A stretch of 64,000 nt of DNA, taken from the NCBI RefSeq assembly GCF_009914755.1, contig NC_060934.1. The stretch is one strand, 5' to 3'. The stretch's first letter is position 1. Each line of letters opens with the position of its first letter. The translations under genes and the position numbers were made by a program. The notes beneath the pieces are model-generated. The model was given only the letters and a program-made list of their open reading frames with translations. It searched no databases and was not told where the DNA came from. Positions 1-17,835 of the stretch are shown in pieces. The DNA comes from the human T2T-CHM13v2.0 reference genome, Homo sapiens.

Positions 1-84
1 AGGGTCAGCAATACTTTTAAAGAGGATTAAATCACGGCAAGGTAAAAGTTAGATCACCTTAGAGCTGAGCCAAGCAGTCAAAGC

Positions 85-255
85 ATCTCGGTCTTGAGTG
101 CACATTACAACCACCTGCAGCAGCTTTTTAAAAACAGCGCTTTGCCCTCTTTCCAAACCACTTAAGTCAGAATCCCTGTGGTGAAGCCAAGGCATTCCTC
201 ATCATTTAGAGCTTTCTTAGAAGATTCTAGAACAGCCAGAATTGAGAAAAACTGA
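85..255. mobile_element. MER5-like hAT-Charlie DNA transposon fossil
   Basis: Diverged match to recalled MER5 consensus (…aagtcagaatccctgtggtgaagccaaggcat…cagccagaattgagaaaaactg); boundaries approximate. Confidence 0.55.
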
Positions 256-394
256 GTTAAATAAAACCCTGTTCAAATGCATGTCGATTTGGTTGCCTTT
301 TGCTGACTTTTGAGGTCATCCCAGAAAAAAGTCTTGCTTGTCGATTTCCTTAATCATATTCAATACCTTACAAAGTACACAGTGTGCACTCTGA

Positions 395-555
395 ATTAGG
401 TAGGGCTGATCTTGCCAACTACATTTTACAGATAAAGAAAGTGGTGTTCAGAAAAGTAAAAGCATTTGCACAAATTAGCCCGGCTGCAAGTGATGGAACA
501 AACATGCAGGTTTTCGGAACAGCCCAAGCCCAGTGGTCTTGCTATTGCACCACGT
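395..555 (-). mobile_element. MIR SINE fragment
   Basis: Reverse MIR core cattttacagataaagaaa…ttcagaaaagtaaa. Confidence 0.6.
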
Positions 556-1347
556 GGCCTGCAAACTCTTAAAGGTTTACTGCTGAGTTGAGCTTGCCCA
601 CGTTAGAAGTTGTTTGATAATTGCTTTTTATGTGAGTCTCTAAGCTTGACTGAGTAGGGGGTAGATGTCCAGGGTGTGGGTGAGGAACTACACAATCACA
701 TACGCTCATAAAAGACAGGCAGCCGAGGATGGACTGGCTTCCTGTGATGCTCATCATTTGCATCTTATTAAAAGATGCTAGGAAAAGAGAAAAAAAACCT
801 TCAAAGACAAGCAGTTAAGTGAATCAAAAACTTGCAAGGAAAGGGATAAATGACTCAGGGAAAGAGAGAGCGAAAACAAGATAACATAATATATATATTT
901 AGGATCAGGCTTCCTAATTTACTGCAATCTGTGATTCTCTGAATCTGACTACATTGGGTATAATTATTTCTGTCTAAATAATTTTGCAGACTTGCAGCAT
1001 AATAACTCAGGATTACAAATAAGAATCAACTCCACTGTGCTCACAACACAGCAATAATTATGTTCTTGAGTTGGTACAGCTCCTTACAGCTTAGTGCAAA
1101 GTAATTATGTTTTTTCTTGGTGCAAAGCATATTAACCTGTGAAAATTACAAGCCGTGAAGTGTAAGAGAAGTCTGTGTTTCGAATGGGAAAAATGCCTAC
1201 AGAAGAATTAGCTGGCACTGGAAGGACTTCCTGGTGGAAATTTCTGGTCACTGGTAAGGTCATCAGCTTCCCACACAGACAGACAGAACTTTCAGTGAAT
1301 GAGATATAAAAGCAGCTACATTCTGCCCAGTTAAGATAGAAATGTGT

Positions 1348-1750
<403 letters not shown>

Positions 1751-3033
1751 AATAGAAATGTGCATTTGATTGTGGAAAGAGCACGGGAGTTCTTGAAATC
1801 TATCTAGGTGGATACCTGTGGTTTAAGCAATTCCTTTTCAAAAAAAGCTGTATATTCCATTCCATGAATATACCACGACTTCTTTATCAATGACTGGCTG
1901 CCTCTGGGGAGTGGTGAGGATTGGCATGGTGAGCTATGGAAAGTGATTGAAGAGGGATCCCCGGCAGGTTTCTACTATATTTGTGATGCTTTACTTCTTA
2001 AGCAGGATGGTGATTGTACAATATTTATCTTATTCTCTACATTTTTGTGCATTTTAAATAATGTATAATTTATTTTTTTTTTCAAAAGAAAGAATGCAAT
2101 TCAGAGAAGCTGTCGGGGACATAGCTTTTGAATTTTCCAGAATCTCCACATAAAAACACATAGAGCAACTACATAGCAAATCAAAACCCATGGACAAAAT
2201 TTACAGGAAAACTAGATAACAAGGTATTCCTGCAATTTCAAAAATGCAAGCAAATGGAGAAAAATCTCCAGTGGTTGCCAGACTTTTGGAGTCAGTACGG
2301 GAGAAAGTGGAAGGAAGACTTGAGAACAGGGGGACCCCAACAAGGTCAGCAGGTATTCATGGGTAAGCACAGTGTGAAAATCTGAGAACAGTGGTTGAAA
2401 TGTGGAGAGATTTGGCTTGTTCCAATAATGAGCAATGGCAAGAGACAGGGATTAAGAAGAATCTGAGGCTATCTAGCTCTGATGAATCTTGAAACTGACT
2501 CTTAGGAACCTCTAGGACAGAGCTTCAAATAGAGAATATGCTGTTAGAAGTGCAATCAAAATTGAGCAGGAAAGGGAGCCAGGGATAATAGAAATAGAAA
2601 GTGAGATAAAATTGTAGACGTGGAGGACACAGAGCCAGGAAATATCAAAAAGTAAGCAGTCGTATTTGAACACCATATGAAAACAGCAGAAGTTAGAAAA
2701 GCTGTATTGGAACAAGCCACCTTCTAGAAGTTCAGAAAAACTAACTTCATGTAAAGAATGACAACAGATTACTATCAAGATCAAATCCCATGCCAAGGTA
2801 CAGTAAGGAAAAATATATTATGGAGCAGAGTAACCTCCCCACCATGAAAGCACTCCAAAAAGCCATACTAAGAAAAAACAAAACCATTTCAAAATGTGCT
2901 AAGACATTAAGAAAACAACACATGGCACAAAAGAACAACATAAATCAGAACTAGAAAAACTCGGAATGAGGTAACAGAACTCAAAAAACAATTAGAAATA
3001 CAAACTTTAAAACGTAATTAGAAATTAGCATTA

Positions 3034-3494
<461 letters not shown>

Positions 3495-4725
3495 TTAAAG
3501 ATAGACAAAGAAGATCCAACAGATAAGAGTAGTCCCTAAAGAAGAAAACTGAAGGAAAGATATAGAATAAATAATACAAACTCTAATGCAAGGAAACTTT
3601 CTTGAAATAAAGATATATAAAACCACTTGCCAAAGCAGCACACTATTTGCCTGAGAATATCAACACAGAACAACCAATAAGAAGATATATTCCAGTGAAA
3701 TCACTACACTTATTTTTTTTAAAAAAGGAAAAATCCTCTGGATATACAGCCAAAAAAGAAAATACAATTTAAAAGGAAAATAAACATAGATTATTAGCAG
3801 ATGATTCTTTTTTCAGAACATTTTGTGCCAGAAGAAAATGAAGTAGCACATTTAAGATATTTAAGAAATGAAAATATAAGTCAGGATTTTACATCTGACA
3901 AAGTTTATCTTCAAGTACAAAGAGCACAGGTAAATGGTTACCAATGTAAAAAACTCAAGGAATCTTGTTTAAGTGAGATCTTCCTAAGGAACTAGTAAAG
4001 AACATACTTCAGACAGTCAAAATGACCCGAGAGTCTCAGCCTGAGGACTGGCAGTGTGCATTACATATATATTTCCTTGTAAATGAAGACTCAATAAAAG
4101 CTGAAAGGGAAATATCATAGTGTGTAATGGCTATAGGTAGAATATAAGCAAAATAAAAAAATTAAAATGTTTTCAATGATGATAACTGGTGATGATAGTA
4201 TTAGAATACTTACCATCTAACAAGGGGGTATAGCTGAGGGGTAGATCATTTGACTGCAGAATAATTACCATCTGACTCTAGTATGTGTAAATAAGGTGAA
4301 ACAAGTGAGTAACTATAGGTATTCTAATTTTACCATCTCCTTTGTCCTTTAGAACCAATACTCTTAGTGTAAAAAAAAGGCCGGGGGGAATTTCAATGTA
4401 ACAGAGTTCAAAACCCTGTAACTTTGAATGTAATTTTAAAATATCAGTATGAACTTACAAGTTATTTTATTTTTACTTGCAGTGGGGAGTGAGAAATCTA
4501 TCTATCTATCTATCTGTCTATCTATCATCTATTGATATAGCCCAACTCTGTCCATTGTAACTATGAACATCCAGTAGCAATGAAAATTGTAAGAACCCAG
4601 ATTGTGGTCTTGAAATATCACTTTCCAATAAAAGAAACAAGAGCTTAGAGAAATAATTGATTCCAGGTCTGGAGCAAGAGATGTATAAGATGAATCTGGA
4701 ACATCACATAATACTAGATAGTAAG

Positions 4726-5081
4726 GGATATGGTTTGCTGTGTCCCCACCCAAATCTCATCTTGAATTCCCATGTGTTGTGGGAGGGACCTACTGGGAGG
4801 TAATTGAATCATGGAGGTAGGTCTTTCCTGTGCTCTTCTCATGACAGTGAATAAGTCTCACAAGGTCTGATGGTTTTAAAAAGAGGAATTCCCCTGCACA
4901 AATTCTCTCTCTTTGCCTGCTGCTATTCATGTAAGACGTGACTTTCTTCTCTTTGCATTTGGCCATGATTGTGAGGCTTCCCCAGCCGCATGGAACTGTA
5001 AGTTCAATTAAACCTCTTTCTTTTGTAAATTGCCAAGTCTCAGGTATGTCTTTATCAGCACTGTGAAAACACAGTAATGTA
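4726..5081 (+). mobile_element. THE1 (MaLR) solo LTR
   Basis: Starts ggatatggtttgctgtgtccccacccaaatctcatcttgaattccc; 5-bp TSD GTAAG at 4721-4725 and 5082-5086. Confidence 0.9.
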
Positions 5082-5388
5082 GTAAGGAAGCTTGTAAGAC
5101 TAATTCCTCTGGCTAAATGTGGAACAAGTAAAGAGGGCTTTGTTATGAATGAGAATTGCAATGGATTGAACTCCAATAAATATGTTTATATCTATGAATT
5201 TGCAATGACTTTTTAAACAATTAACTTGTCACCTTTGGAAAATGACAGGAACCAATTCATTATCTTGGAAGCTGGGAAAAAATAGAGAAAAGAATCAAGC
5301 ATTTACTTTGCCTTTTCTTTAAGAACTATGCCACTGATAACCAAACAGTGGGAGAAGAAAGCATCTTCTTATAAAATTATTCCAGTGA

Positions 5389-5707
<319 letters not shown>

Positions 5708-7589
5708 CTAGTGAAATGAAATGATAGAATGAAATGAAATGATGGAATGAGAACATCAGTGTTCTGTAACGCCCAGGGAATTAATGGATACAGGCATTAA
5801 GCAACATGGCTGCTAACATTTAAAAAGACCATAAATCAGACCCTCTCTTCTCCTGATAAAAGAACACAACCTGTAGACTTGCCAAAATGTTCCAACCTGA
5901 GTCTGACCTAGCTTTGAGATCCAGCTGACAAATTCCAGGAAATATAGAGGCCCAGGAACATGATGAACCACACCAGGATCTTGCAATCAGCAAAGCCCAA
6001 TCTATGGGAAACTATAAGTCAAACAGCCTGGGTTCTTCTCCATATAAATTGTAGGAAAAGAAAAAAGAATATGGATTACTGAAAACTTAAAAAAAATCAA
6101 GTTTCAAAATATGGGCAAGATTAATTGGTAATATCTGAAGATAATGCAGGTGACAAAAACATAAGGGATCCCAAGGACGTGATTACTTTAAACATTAGAG
6201 AGTGGTGACTTTTAGAGCAAGCAAGGGTCTAGGGTTGAAAGGGGGTGACTGGACAAGTTCATGATCGCAGTGATGGCTGCAACATTATTTGCCTTAAAAT
6301 TATTCACTAAACTATTCAATCAACAAATGAATAAATGGCAAAAAGGAAGAACGAATAGTAGACTTGGGATTAGCCCACCTAGGATTAAAATCCCACCTCC
6401 TGCCCTTGTTAGCTATTTCACTTGGGCAAGTCACTCAGCTTTGCTGACTTCGTTTTTCTCATAAAAATGGAGTCCAACTTGCAGTGTAGTGGCAAAAATG
6501 CTTCCTGCCTCCATATTTTTGTCAACATGGAATAAAATGTGATAACGTAAGTACATTTCCCGGAGCCTCGCTGACTAGCACTAAATAAGACCCTGGGAAA
6601 TGATCTTGGGATATGAATATGGATCTTAACTATCTAGAGTCAGCTTTGCTTTGGAAACAGGAGAACTGGGTCTGCCAGTCATACCCTTTGTGATGAGGGA
6701 AAATCACTTTTAAAATAGGAATAAAAATAACAATACCCACACACAGCCCTGGGTGACTGTGACAACTGAGGGCAAGAACAGGTGTGGACACCCCATCAGT
6801 GGTCAAGAGAAAGAGCCATCGTTCTTACCCTCCAGGGCCTGGGGAGGAGTACTGTGCCTAATGGCATGTGGGAAGGGTAGCTGTGCTTCAGTGGCTGCTC
6901 TAGTCTATGCAACATTTTAAAGTTCACTTACTAAACAAAATTTAAAAAAAAACATAATGAGAAGCCTTTATTGGCCAATTGCTATGATTCAGGTAGCAGT
7001 GTGAGGCTATTTATATCGATATAATTTATACCGATTGAAGCATAAGCGACAGTGTTATTTCCACCGGTTATGAATGGGGAGACTGAGATACCCAGGATTA
7101 AGTCAGAGGCACAAGACCAGAGCCACAGAATGGGGAAGCAGGATTCAGACCAGGCTGGTTAGCCCCATGGCCTGGCTTTTCATCCCTAAGAGGCCCAATA
7201 AAGGATGTACAGAGGAAAAAGAAAAGCCCCCAAAATCTCATCCTCTTCCAGATCCTCCAGTGCCCCCACCTCTGAACATGCTTCTGTGGGGAAGACCTTG
7301 CTCAGGGAATCACAGCCACAGCTGGACCCGCGGACCCCACAGCTCCTTATCCTCCTTAGCACCAGATCACCTGGGAACCGTGGCCTTGTCTGAGTTTTCA
7401 AGACAGCTTGCTGTCCTCTGAACTCCAGGGCCACGTTTCTGGCTCCCCAAAGGGTGGTTCCTTTTCTCTTCTCCACCATGACGCTTGGACAAGCTGCTGC
7501 TATGTGAACACAGATGGACTCTGGCAAGTGCTTTTATTGGAAAATGGTCATTCTGATCTAAGGCTTCCCTTTAGAAGTAGGAGGCAAAT

Positions 7590-7830
7590 AGCCCAGAGGT
7601 TAAGGGCTTCAGGTTAGGGGTTAAATTAACTGGGGTTCAAATCCCATCGCCATCCTCTGCTAGCTGGGTGGCCTTGGACATGTGCCCTAAATTGTCTGTG
7701 TGCCTCAGTTCCCTCACTGGTAAAAAGGGAATCATACTGCCTACTTCATAGAGTTGGTGGGAGAATTTAACATAAAGTGCTTAGCTTAGCACGAGGCTCA
7801 TAAGAAGTGTTCAATAAATGGTAGCTATTA
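7590..7830 (+). mobile_element. MIR SINE
   Basis: gggttcaaatccc…gcctcagttccctcactggtaaaaaggg…tcaataaatggtagctattatt. Confidence 0.75.
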
Positions 7831-8203
7831 TTATCATTTATTACAACGAGGTCCAAATTAGAAAGCACAATCTGCCCTTCCTCTCCAATGCTCTCAAAAG
7901 CCACGGCTCCAAGGATCCTAAGAAAGAAAGCTCTTTACATTTCATATTTTATGTTCAAAATTCATGTGATTTTTACATTCTACTTCTGTGTTTTCTGGGA
8001 GAAAGCATTTCCATCTTAAACCCAAGGCAAATGGTTAATATCTTAGCATATAAAAAGTTTTCTAAAATAACAAGAATAAAAGATTCATAAACCTGATTTT
8101 GAAAATAGATGCCAAACACAGAGTTTAGATTAAAAGAAAGGTAAATGGCCACTTGATATATAAAAATAGGCTCTGCCTCAGTCCTGATAAGAGAAAGATA
8201 ACT

Positions 8204-8534
<331 letters not shown>

Positions 8535-10754
8535 TCATTTTTTACCCATCATTTAAAAAAATGCAGACATTGTAAAACACAGTCTGTTGGAAAGTCTGTG
8601 GACAGATAAGCTTTTATATATTTCCAGTAGGAACACACAATTATATGAATGCTATGCAGCGGAATGTGGCGTTAGCCAGCAAACCTACTGTATTTGTCCT
8701 TGACCAGACTATCTCCTCTCTAAAAAGCTACCTTGAAAATAAACTTCCACAAATACAAAAGCACATATGGTCAAGCTTATTAATTGTGCTGCCTTTTGCA
8801 ATAGCAGGTAATTAGAATCAATCCCAATGCCATGAACAAGAGACTAGCTGAATAAATGACGACAGAGCCTGCAGCCATGAAAAAACGTAGTAGGAAGACC
8901 TCTCTGGATTGATTTGAAATGATGTCAAGCATATGTCGTTCCATGAAAAAAAGCAAGGCACAGAACAGGATATCTAAAATACTACTTTGGGGATAAAAAG
9001 TAAGAGGAAATAAAAATGATACGTGTGTTTGCCTACTTTTGAAAAATTAAAAGAAACCCCCCAAGAATTTCTAGAAATGAATGGAAGTGGCTGCCCACAG
9101 AGGCAGGAAAGTGGACTAACGGTGGGGCTGGTAGAAAGGCAACGCGAATTCTCAAATAATACCTTTTATACAGTCATGTCTTTGAATCCTGAAAACGATT
9201 TATATATAAAAAAAGTAAAATTTAATCCTAAAAGGCAAAAAAAAAAGAAAATCTAAAAAGAAAATTCAAATAGAATCAACGAAACTAACTAGACTTCAAG
9301 TTGGTTAAAAAAAAAATCTGCAGAAGTGAGCTATCACTGGTCACATTTAGATGTGACTCTCTCCAGACGGCCAGCACATGGTGAGAGTTATCACCTCAAC
9401 AAAAAGAACAACAAAGAAAGTTTGAATGTTCCTTAGTGATTTCATGAGTAGAAATTATATTGGTATTGTAATTTTGAAACAGTTTAATCTACATTGTAGG
9501 ATAAAGTAAATAGTAAATACATTAATGTTATTAGAAACTAAGATATTCATGATATGGGAAAAGAAGTACAACTATAAAGTCTAAAAGGTTAAAAACAAAA
9601 CCCTATAATGTTTAATTTGAATTGGAATAGCAATATGAACTCAGGCTTTTTAAAAATAAAATCCTACCTTCGCCTTCTGAGAGAGCCTAGAGACTGACTC
9701 TTCAGTAGCAACAAAACTATCTAACACCCAGACCTTGGTTTCTAAATACCATTTTCCCCTAAAAGGAAATAAGGATTCTTGGGGCAGATAATAATGATTT
9801 CAGATAAGAAAGATGGATGGTAAGCCTGGGACATCATTTTGATCCAAAAAACATGGAAATACTCAAAGGCTAAAGGGGTCTTACTAAAATGACTGGGGCT
9901 CTACTGGTTAAATGAGATAGAGGGAGACAAGCTGAACTTCAAAAAAAAAAAGACTAATTCATAGAATACATAAAAATATATGAGTCCTCCAAGTGGTACA
10001 CCATGAGAGGGGGGCTGGTGGAGGGGGATAAGTTTTCTAGTGGCTTTACATTAACTCTTTGCTCTGAAAATTGGTAATTGAAGGGGAAAAAGCATGAACT
10101 GTGCATTTTTTGAGAAATGATCTTTATCTCCAGTTTATGCTAGCAAGCTCTCCTTTCAGAAGAATGCTGGCTAATAAATGTAGAAATTATGATGAAAGTT
10201 GCAAATCACCATTTTACAGTCCTCGAGGAAATGACTGATATAAGCAAGGAGACTTGAATGATGCTAAAACCATTCGGAAACGTTGGGGAAAAGAATATTT
10301 GCATAGTGCCAAAGTATCCCATGTGGATTGCTGACTACTCACAGTGGGGAATCCAGCCTTTACAGGGGGAGATCCCAGGGCCACCCTTTAACCAGTGGTC
10401 GGACTTAGCATCACTAATAGGGACATAGGCTGACATCCTAGATCTCTTGATGTGATGCAACGTGACCCACACGGTATCGCCTTTGAAGCATTCTTGCCAA
10501 AAATGTTTAACCAGAATCTAACAAAGCCCTTTGACCTAACTGTCAGTTTACAGCAAATTTAGTGGATGAGAGAACATAGACAACATCACAGGAAATAATA
10601 AAAGAAATCCAGAACATTATAGAATTTAGCAGAAGGCTATATTCACTCAGCAGTCCTGTTTCTGAATCTGTACTGAGGCAGAGGCACTGGGCCCTGTGCT
10701 AGGAGGCTAGCAAGGTTAAGACATGACTTTAAGAGCAATACAAGTGTGAGGCTT

Positions 10755-10980
10755 ACAGTGTGCTTGGGCTTGAGAGACAGAAACAGGTCAAAATCGTGGT
10801 CTAACCATTTACCCTGTGGCCTTAAGAAAATGACTGAACACTTGAAAGACTAGTGTCCTCATTTGCAAAATGGATATATTAAAAGTGTCAGGATGTGTTC
10901 CTTGTAAGTTTCTGTGAAGATTCTATCAGGTAATGCATGCAACACACTTTGCACAATTACCTGGATCAGAGTAAATTTTT
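10755..10980 (+). mobile_element. MIR SINE
   Basis: tcctcatttgcaaaatgg…tctgtgaagattctatcaggtaatgcatgcaa. Confidence 0.55.
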
Positions 10981-11381
10981 ATCCTTTTTATTATAATTAT
11001 AAATAAATTACAAAGATTATAAAAATATGTACATATGAAAACATGACTTATAAAAGCTTGGCAGTCCGTGGATAAAGAAAAAATTAAGCAAAACCTCAAA
11101 GAAATAATCAGACCTAGAACATGGAATATTTTTCAAGACAACTGGAATTATCTTTTCAAAGAGTCAATGTCATTAAAACCAAGTAAAGGGGCAATTTCAA
11201 TTTAAAGATATAACAAAGAAATGCAGTCCGTGAAACTTGTTGGGATCCTGGTTAGAAAACAAATGAGCTATAAAAGACATTTGCCATAGATTAAGTATGA
11301 ACATGACCGGGACATAAGACAAGAAATTACATCATACTCTTAGCTGTGATAGTGATCCATACTTTCAATGTTCATATTTTC

Positions 11382-11692
11382 TTTTTCTCTTTCTTTTTTT
11401 TTTTTTTTTTTGAGATGGAGTCTCGCTCTGTCGTCCAGGCTGGAGGGCATTGGCACGATCCTGACTCGCTACAAGCTCCGCCTCCCAGGTTCACGCCATT
11501 CTCCTGCCTCAGCCTCCTGAGTAGCTGGGACTACAGGCGCCCACCACCACACCAGGCTAATTTTTTGTATTTTTAGTAAAGACGGGGTTTCACCGTGTTA
11601 GCCAGGATGGTCTCGATTTCCTGACCTCATGATTTGCCTGCCTTGGCCTCCCAAAGTGCTGGGATTACAGGCATGAGCCACCACGCCCAGCC
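11382..11692 (-). mobile_element. AluY-like SINE
   Basis: Reverse Alu with poly(T) head; TSD CARTGTTCATATTTTC at ~11366-11381 and ~11692-11707. Confidence 0.95.
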
Positions 11693-11899
11693 AGTGTTCA
11701 TATTTTCAAGAGATCCAGTTGAAATATTTAACAGTAAGGCATCAGGATATGTGCAACTTACTTTTCAATGGTTCAACAACAACAACAACAACATCTGTCT
11801 GAGCCGGTAGGTTGATTTGGGTGGTAGGTATTCAGTTGGACATGACATTCTTCCTTCAATGTCTCTGTATGTTGATTATGCTTAAACTCTTTGTATGTT

Positions 11900-14425
<2,526 letters not shown>

Positions 14426-14819
14426 TGCATTCATAACCACAAAAACACTTTGGGTATACTTGTTTACATTCTTAAGAAAACATGGAAATCATTTTCAAAT
14501 TAAATACTTAATTGTTTTTTTCCAAATCTTAAAAAGAAAATTGGTGCGTGGGAAGATGTGCAATGTGTGTGTTTTGGAAACTTTAAGAGCTGCCCCTACC
14601 CCAAAGCGGGCACAGTAATGTCAGAAGTGGGGAACAGAATGGCAAACTGTTGAGGCTCAGATACCTTGGACACTATATTACCAGGGCTCAGGAAGGTTAA
14701 CCTTGAATCCCTGGCTCAGGGTCTCCCCTCGTCCTGTGGCCTCCCCCTCAGATGCCCAAGGCCAGCTTCCCTCTTCAGGACTGTGTGAAGACAGACCCTT
14801 TTAAAAAAAATAACTCCAG

Positions 14820-15020
14820 ACACAAACTGGTAAGATGAAGAATTCCTCACTGTGTGACCTGGGGCAGTGACAGCTCCTTTGAGCCTCAGCTTCCTCATCT
14901 GTAAAGCAGACTCAATGACAGAACCCACTTCATAGGCCTAAGGTGGCGAGTCGCTGAGATGACGCATGTGAAGTGGTTGGCCGAGTGACGATCCCATGGC
15001 AGATCCTCCATCAATGCTCG
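14820..15020 (+). mobile_element. MIR SINE
   Basis: ctgtgtgacctggggc…gagcctcagcttcctcatctgtaaa MIR core. Confidence 0.7.
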
Positions 15021-16249
15021 CCATCCTCATTCTCGCTCTCCCCTACACCCACACGAAACACTGGGCTGACACTTTCAAAAAGCATTAAGGGGCCTTACAG
15101 AACTGGTGATTGCCAAATGACAGAAAAGACTGCAGCTCTCAGGCCAAACATTACCTCCCATGAGTGACCCTCACTGTACGGGCCTAGACCAGGATCTTCC
15201 CTGAACATCCTTTGAAAAGAATTCTGCATCACTGTCCATAGTTTAGGTGTTTTCTCAAACAGAAATCACCTGCTCCCATTTTACTTCAGTCTCTGTAAAA
15301 ATGACCTTGTGGCTTCTTGCTTTAAATGTGGTCAAAACGAGGCTTAAGCTGAAGCAACTCAGGGTCCTCTTCCCTCTTTGTCTCCCACTTCTTTGGGTTG
15401 CAGTCCAGACACCACACTGGGGTGGGTGGGGTGGTGAGGGGCTTTGTGTCACCTGGCCCTGGGGGCACGGCCTGGGCCAGGCTGCTTCCACCCTGATTGA
15501 TGACCTCCTCTGGATGTAGCTCATCCACCCAACTGCTGTGCTTGTCCATCAGTTATGGCTCCTGAAGGCTGACTTCTCTCTTTTCCTTAGACTTTGGGCC
15601 CTCTCATTCCTTTTCAGCCCTTCTGTTCCCATCTTGAGGGAAACGAGAACATCTCAGGTGCATTTCTGCCCCACTGTGGGGTGCATGGAATTCCAAAGCC
15701 CTCAGGATGAGAGGCCGGGGAGGCACCCACACCTGGCTGTCCTTGGAGAAACGCAAGGGCAGCTTCACAGTCCCGTGGTGACCTAGTGGTTCCCATTGCC
15801 CAACCTTCTTTTGGAGTTTTGACCTAAGCAGTGGGTCAGGGCTTCAGACTTCTCAAGGTCCTACAAGTTCTAAATTCATGCCAGTCCCCTCTGGTCTTTC
15901 TCCTATAACCAGCTGGGCAAAGCCTTATCCCCTTTTGGACAGAAGCAAACACATTCTCTTTCTAATCTATTATATATGGATTAACTTTATGCCTTCATCC
16001 TTCAGACTTCAGGTTTGATTTTCCCAACGAAGGTTTTTGGAATTCAAATCAGCCTTTTCTCTCTCAAGGGCGTAGCTCTCACCATTCAGTGCTGTGGCTT
16101 TCAAGACCATCCTTTGCCCCAGCTTCCTCTCATCTTCTTAGAGCTCCTCCAGGGCGAGGGAGGCGTTCATAAAAAAGCCCTTCATGCTGCATGAGTGGTG
16201 GAGGGGAGGGAAGAAGTAAAAGGAACTCAAAGGAAAAACAGACGGTAAT

Positions 16250-16737
16250 TATCGTAGGCTAAATAATAGCCCCCAAAAGACGACCACATTCTATTCCCTG
16301 GAACCAGTGAATTTACCCCACATGGCAAAAGGGACTTTGCAGATGTGATTAAGTATCTTGAGATGGGAGATTATCCTGGATTATCAGGGTGGGCCAAACG
16401 TAATCAATGGGACCTTATAAGAGGGAGGCAGGAGGGTCCGAATCAGAAAAAAAGGAGATGAGACGACAGAAGCAATGGTTGGAGGGATGAGCTTTGGAGA
16501 TGGCGGGGAGGAACGAATCCAGGAATTCAGGCAGCCTCTGGAAACTAGAAAAGGCAAGGAAACAGATTTTTTTGCTGGAGTTTCTGGAAGGAATGCAGCC
16601 TGCTGACACCCTGATGTTAGCCTCATGAGACTCATTTTGGACTTCTGCCCTCCAGAATTGTAAGATAATAAATTTGAGCTGTTTTAAGCCACTAAGTTTA
16701 TGGGAATTTGTTACAGCAGCAATAGGAAACACGTGTA
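16250..16737 (+). mobile_element. MLT1 (MLT1D-like) MaLR solo LTR
   Basis: catggcaaaagggactttgcagatgtgattaag…taagccactaagtttatgggaatttgttacagcagcaatagg; TSD GTAAT at 16245-16249 and 16738-16742. Confidence 0.88.
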
Positions 16738-17493
16738 GTAATACGTCAAAATTTTATGCGGTGACACGTCACTATTGGTGGGGTTGGGTGAAGAATGCTG
16801 CCTTTCCCCTAGTGGACTGTCAGCATCACAGGGTAGAATCCAGGTTAATTTTGCCTGCTCTTGTAGTCTACCTGGGGTAGGCACACAGAAGGTATTTACG
16901 AAAGGCATGAGTGAATTGTTCTCTTTCTCAAAGATAACTTTTGCTCTGATGATAACCATCTGCCAATCTCAAGGACCTATTTCCTTTTCACTCTCGTGGT
17001 GTCTGGCCTGTAGTCTCTGCAAGATGTGAGCATCTTACTCCCCGCTATGTTGTTATCTGTTTTCCAAAGTCAAAACACCCCCATCTCATGCCTCCCCACA
17101 GGGCCAGTTTCTGTCCCAAGGTGACATGCTTTATCTCAGCCAAATGGTAGCACTGGGATGCTTGCCATGACAGTGAAAATGCCCCTTCCAAGCAAGACTA
17201 CACTCTCTGCCAATCTTTAGAATTATTTGTGAGGACTCAGGTAAGACCCTCTCATCCTATCCCCTCTTCAGTGGCCTGGTCCAAGTGGCTTTACCTCTCA
17301 CTGGGATGGAACCATACCCTAGACTTCACATAACATCAGGGAATCTAAGGTTGCCTGCAGCAATCATGACAGTCCACTAGGGGAAATCCTTCCATGCTCA
17401 GGCATTTTGCTACAAGGGTTAAAACCCTTCTGTTGCTTCCGACTTAGCTCAGAAGAGGTGTGCTGACTGGCCTTTAGAATATCAGTAGATATG

Positions 17494-17835
17494 CACCAAG
17501 TCTGCCCAGAAGGCTCAGAAGGCTAAATGAATATTATCCCTGATACCTGCCACCCCCCTATTAATCAGTGGTGGAAGAACTATCTCAGAACTGTTTGTTT
17601 CAATTGGCCATTTCAGTTTAGTAGTAAAAGACTGGTTAATGATAACAACGCATTGTAAAACTTTCAGAAGGAAAGGAGAATGTTTTGTGGACCACTTTGG
17701 TTTTCTTTTTTGCATGTGGCAGTTTTAAGTTATTAGTTTTTAGGATCAGTACTTTTTAATGGAAAAAACTTGACCAAAAATTTGTCACAGAATTTTGAGA
17801 CCCATTAAAAAAGTTTAATGAGAAAAAAAGAAAAA
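17494..17835 (+). pseudogene. EEF1A1: 5'-truncated processed pseudogene (retrocopy) of EEF1A1: last 11 codons, 3'UTR and poly(A)
   Basis: acc aag tct gcc cag aag gct cag aag gct aaa tga = TKSAQKAQKAK*, the EEF1A1 C-terminus; then the recognisable EEF1A1 3'UTR (…gtagtaaaagactggttaatgataac…gaattttgagacccattaaaaaag), ATTAAA 17804, A-rich tail and 16-bp TSD AGAATATCAGYAGAYA. Confidence 0.93.

Noticed and set aside
17221-17240. 20-nt micro-exon-like segment (tttag|…CAG|GTAAGA)
   Set aside because: Too short and isolated; typical pseudo-exon
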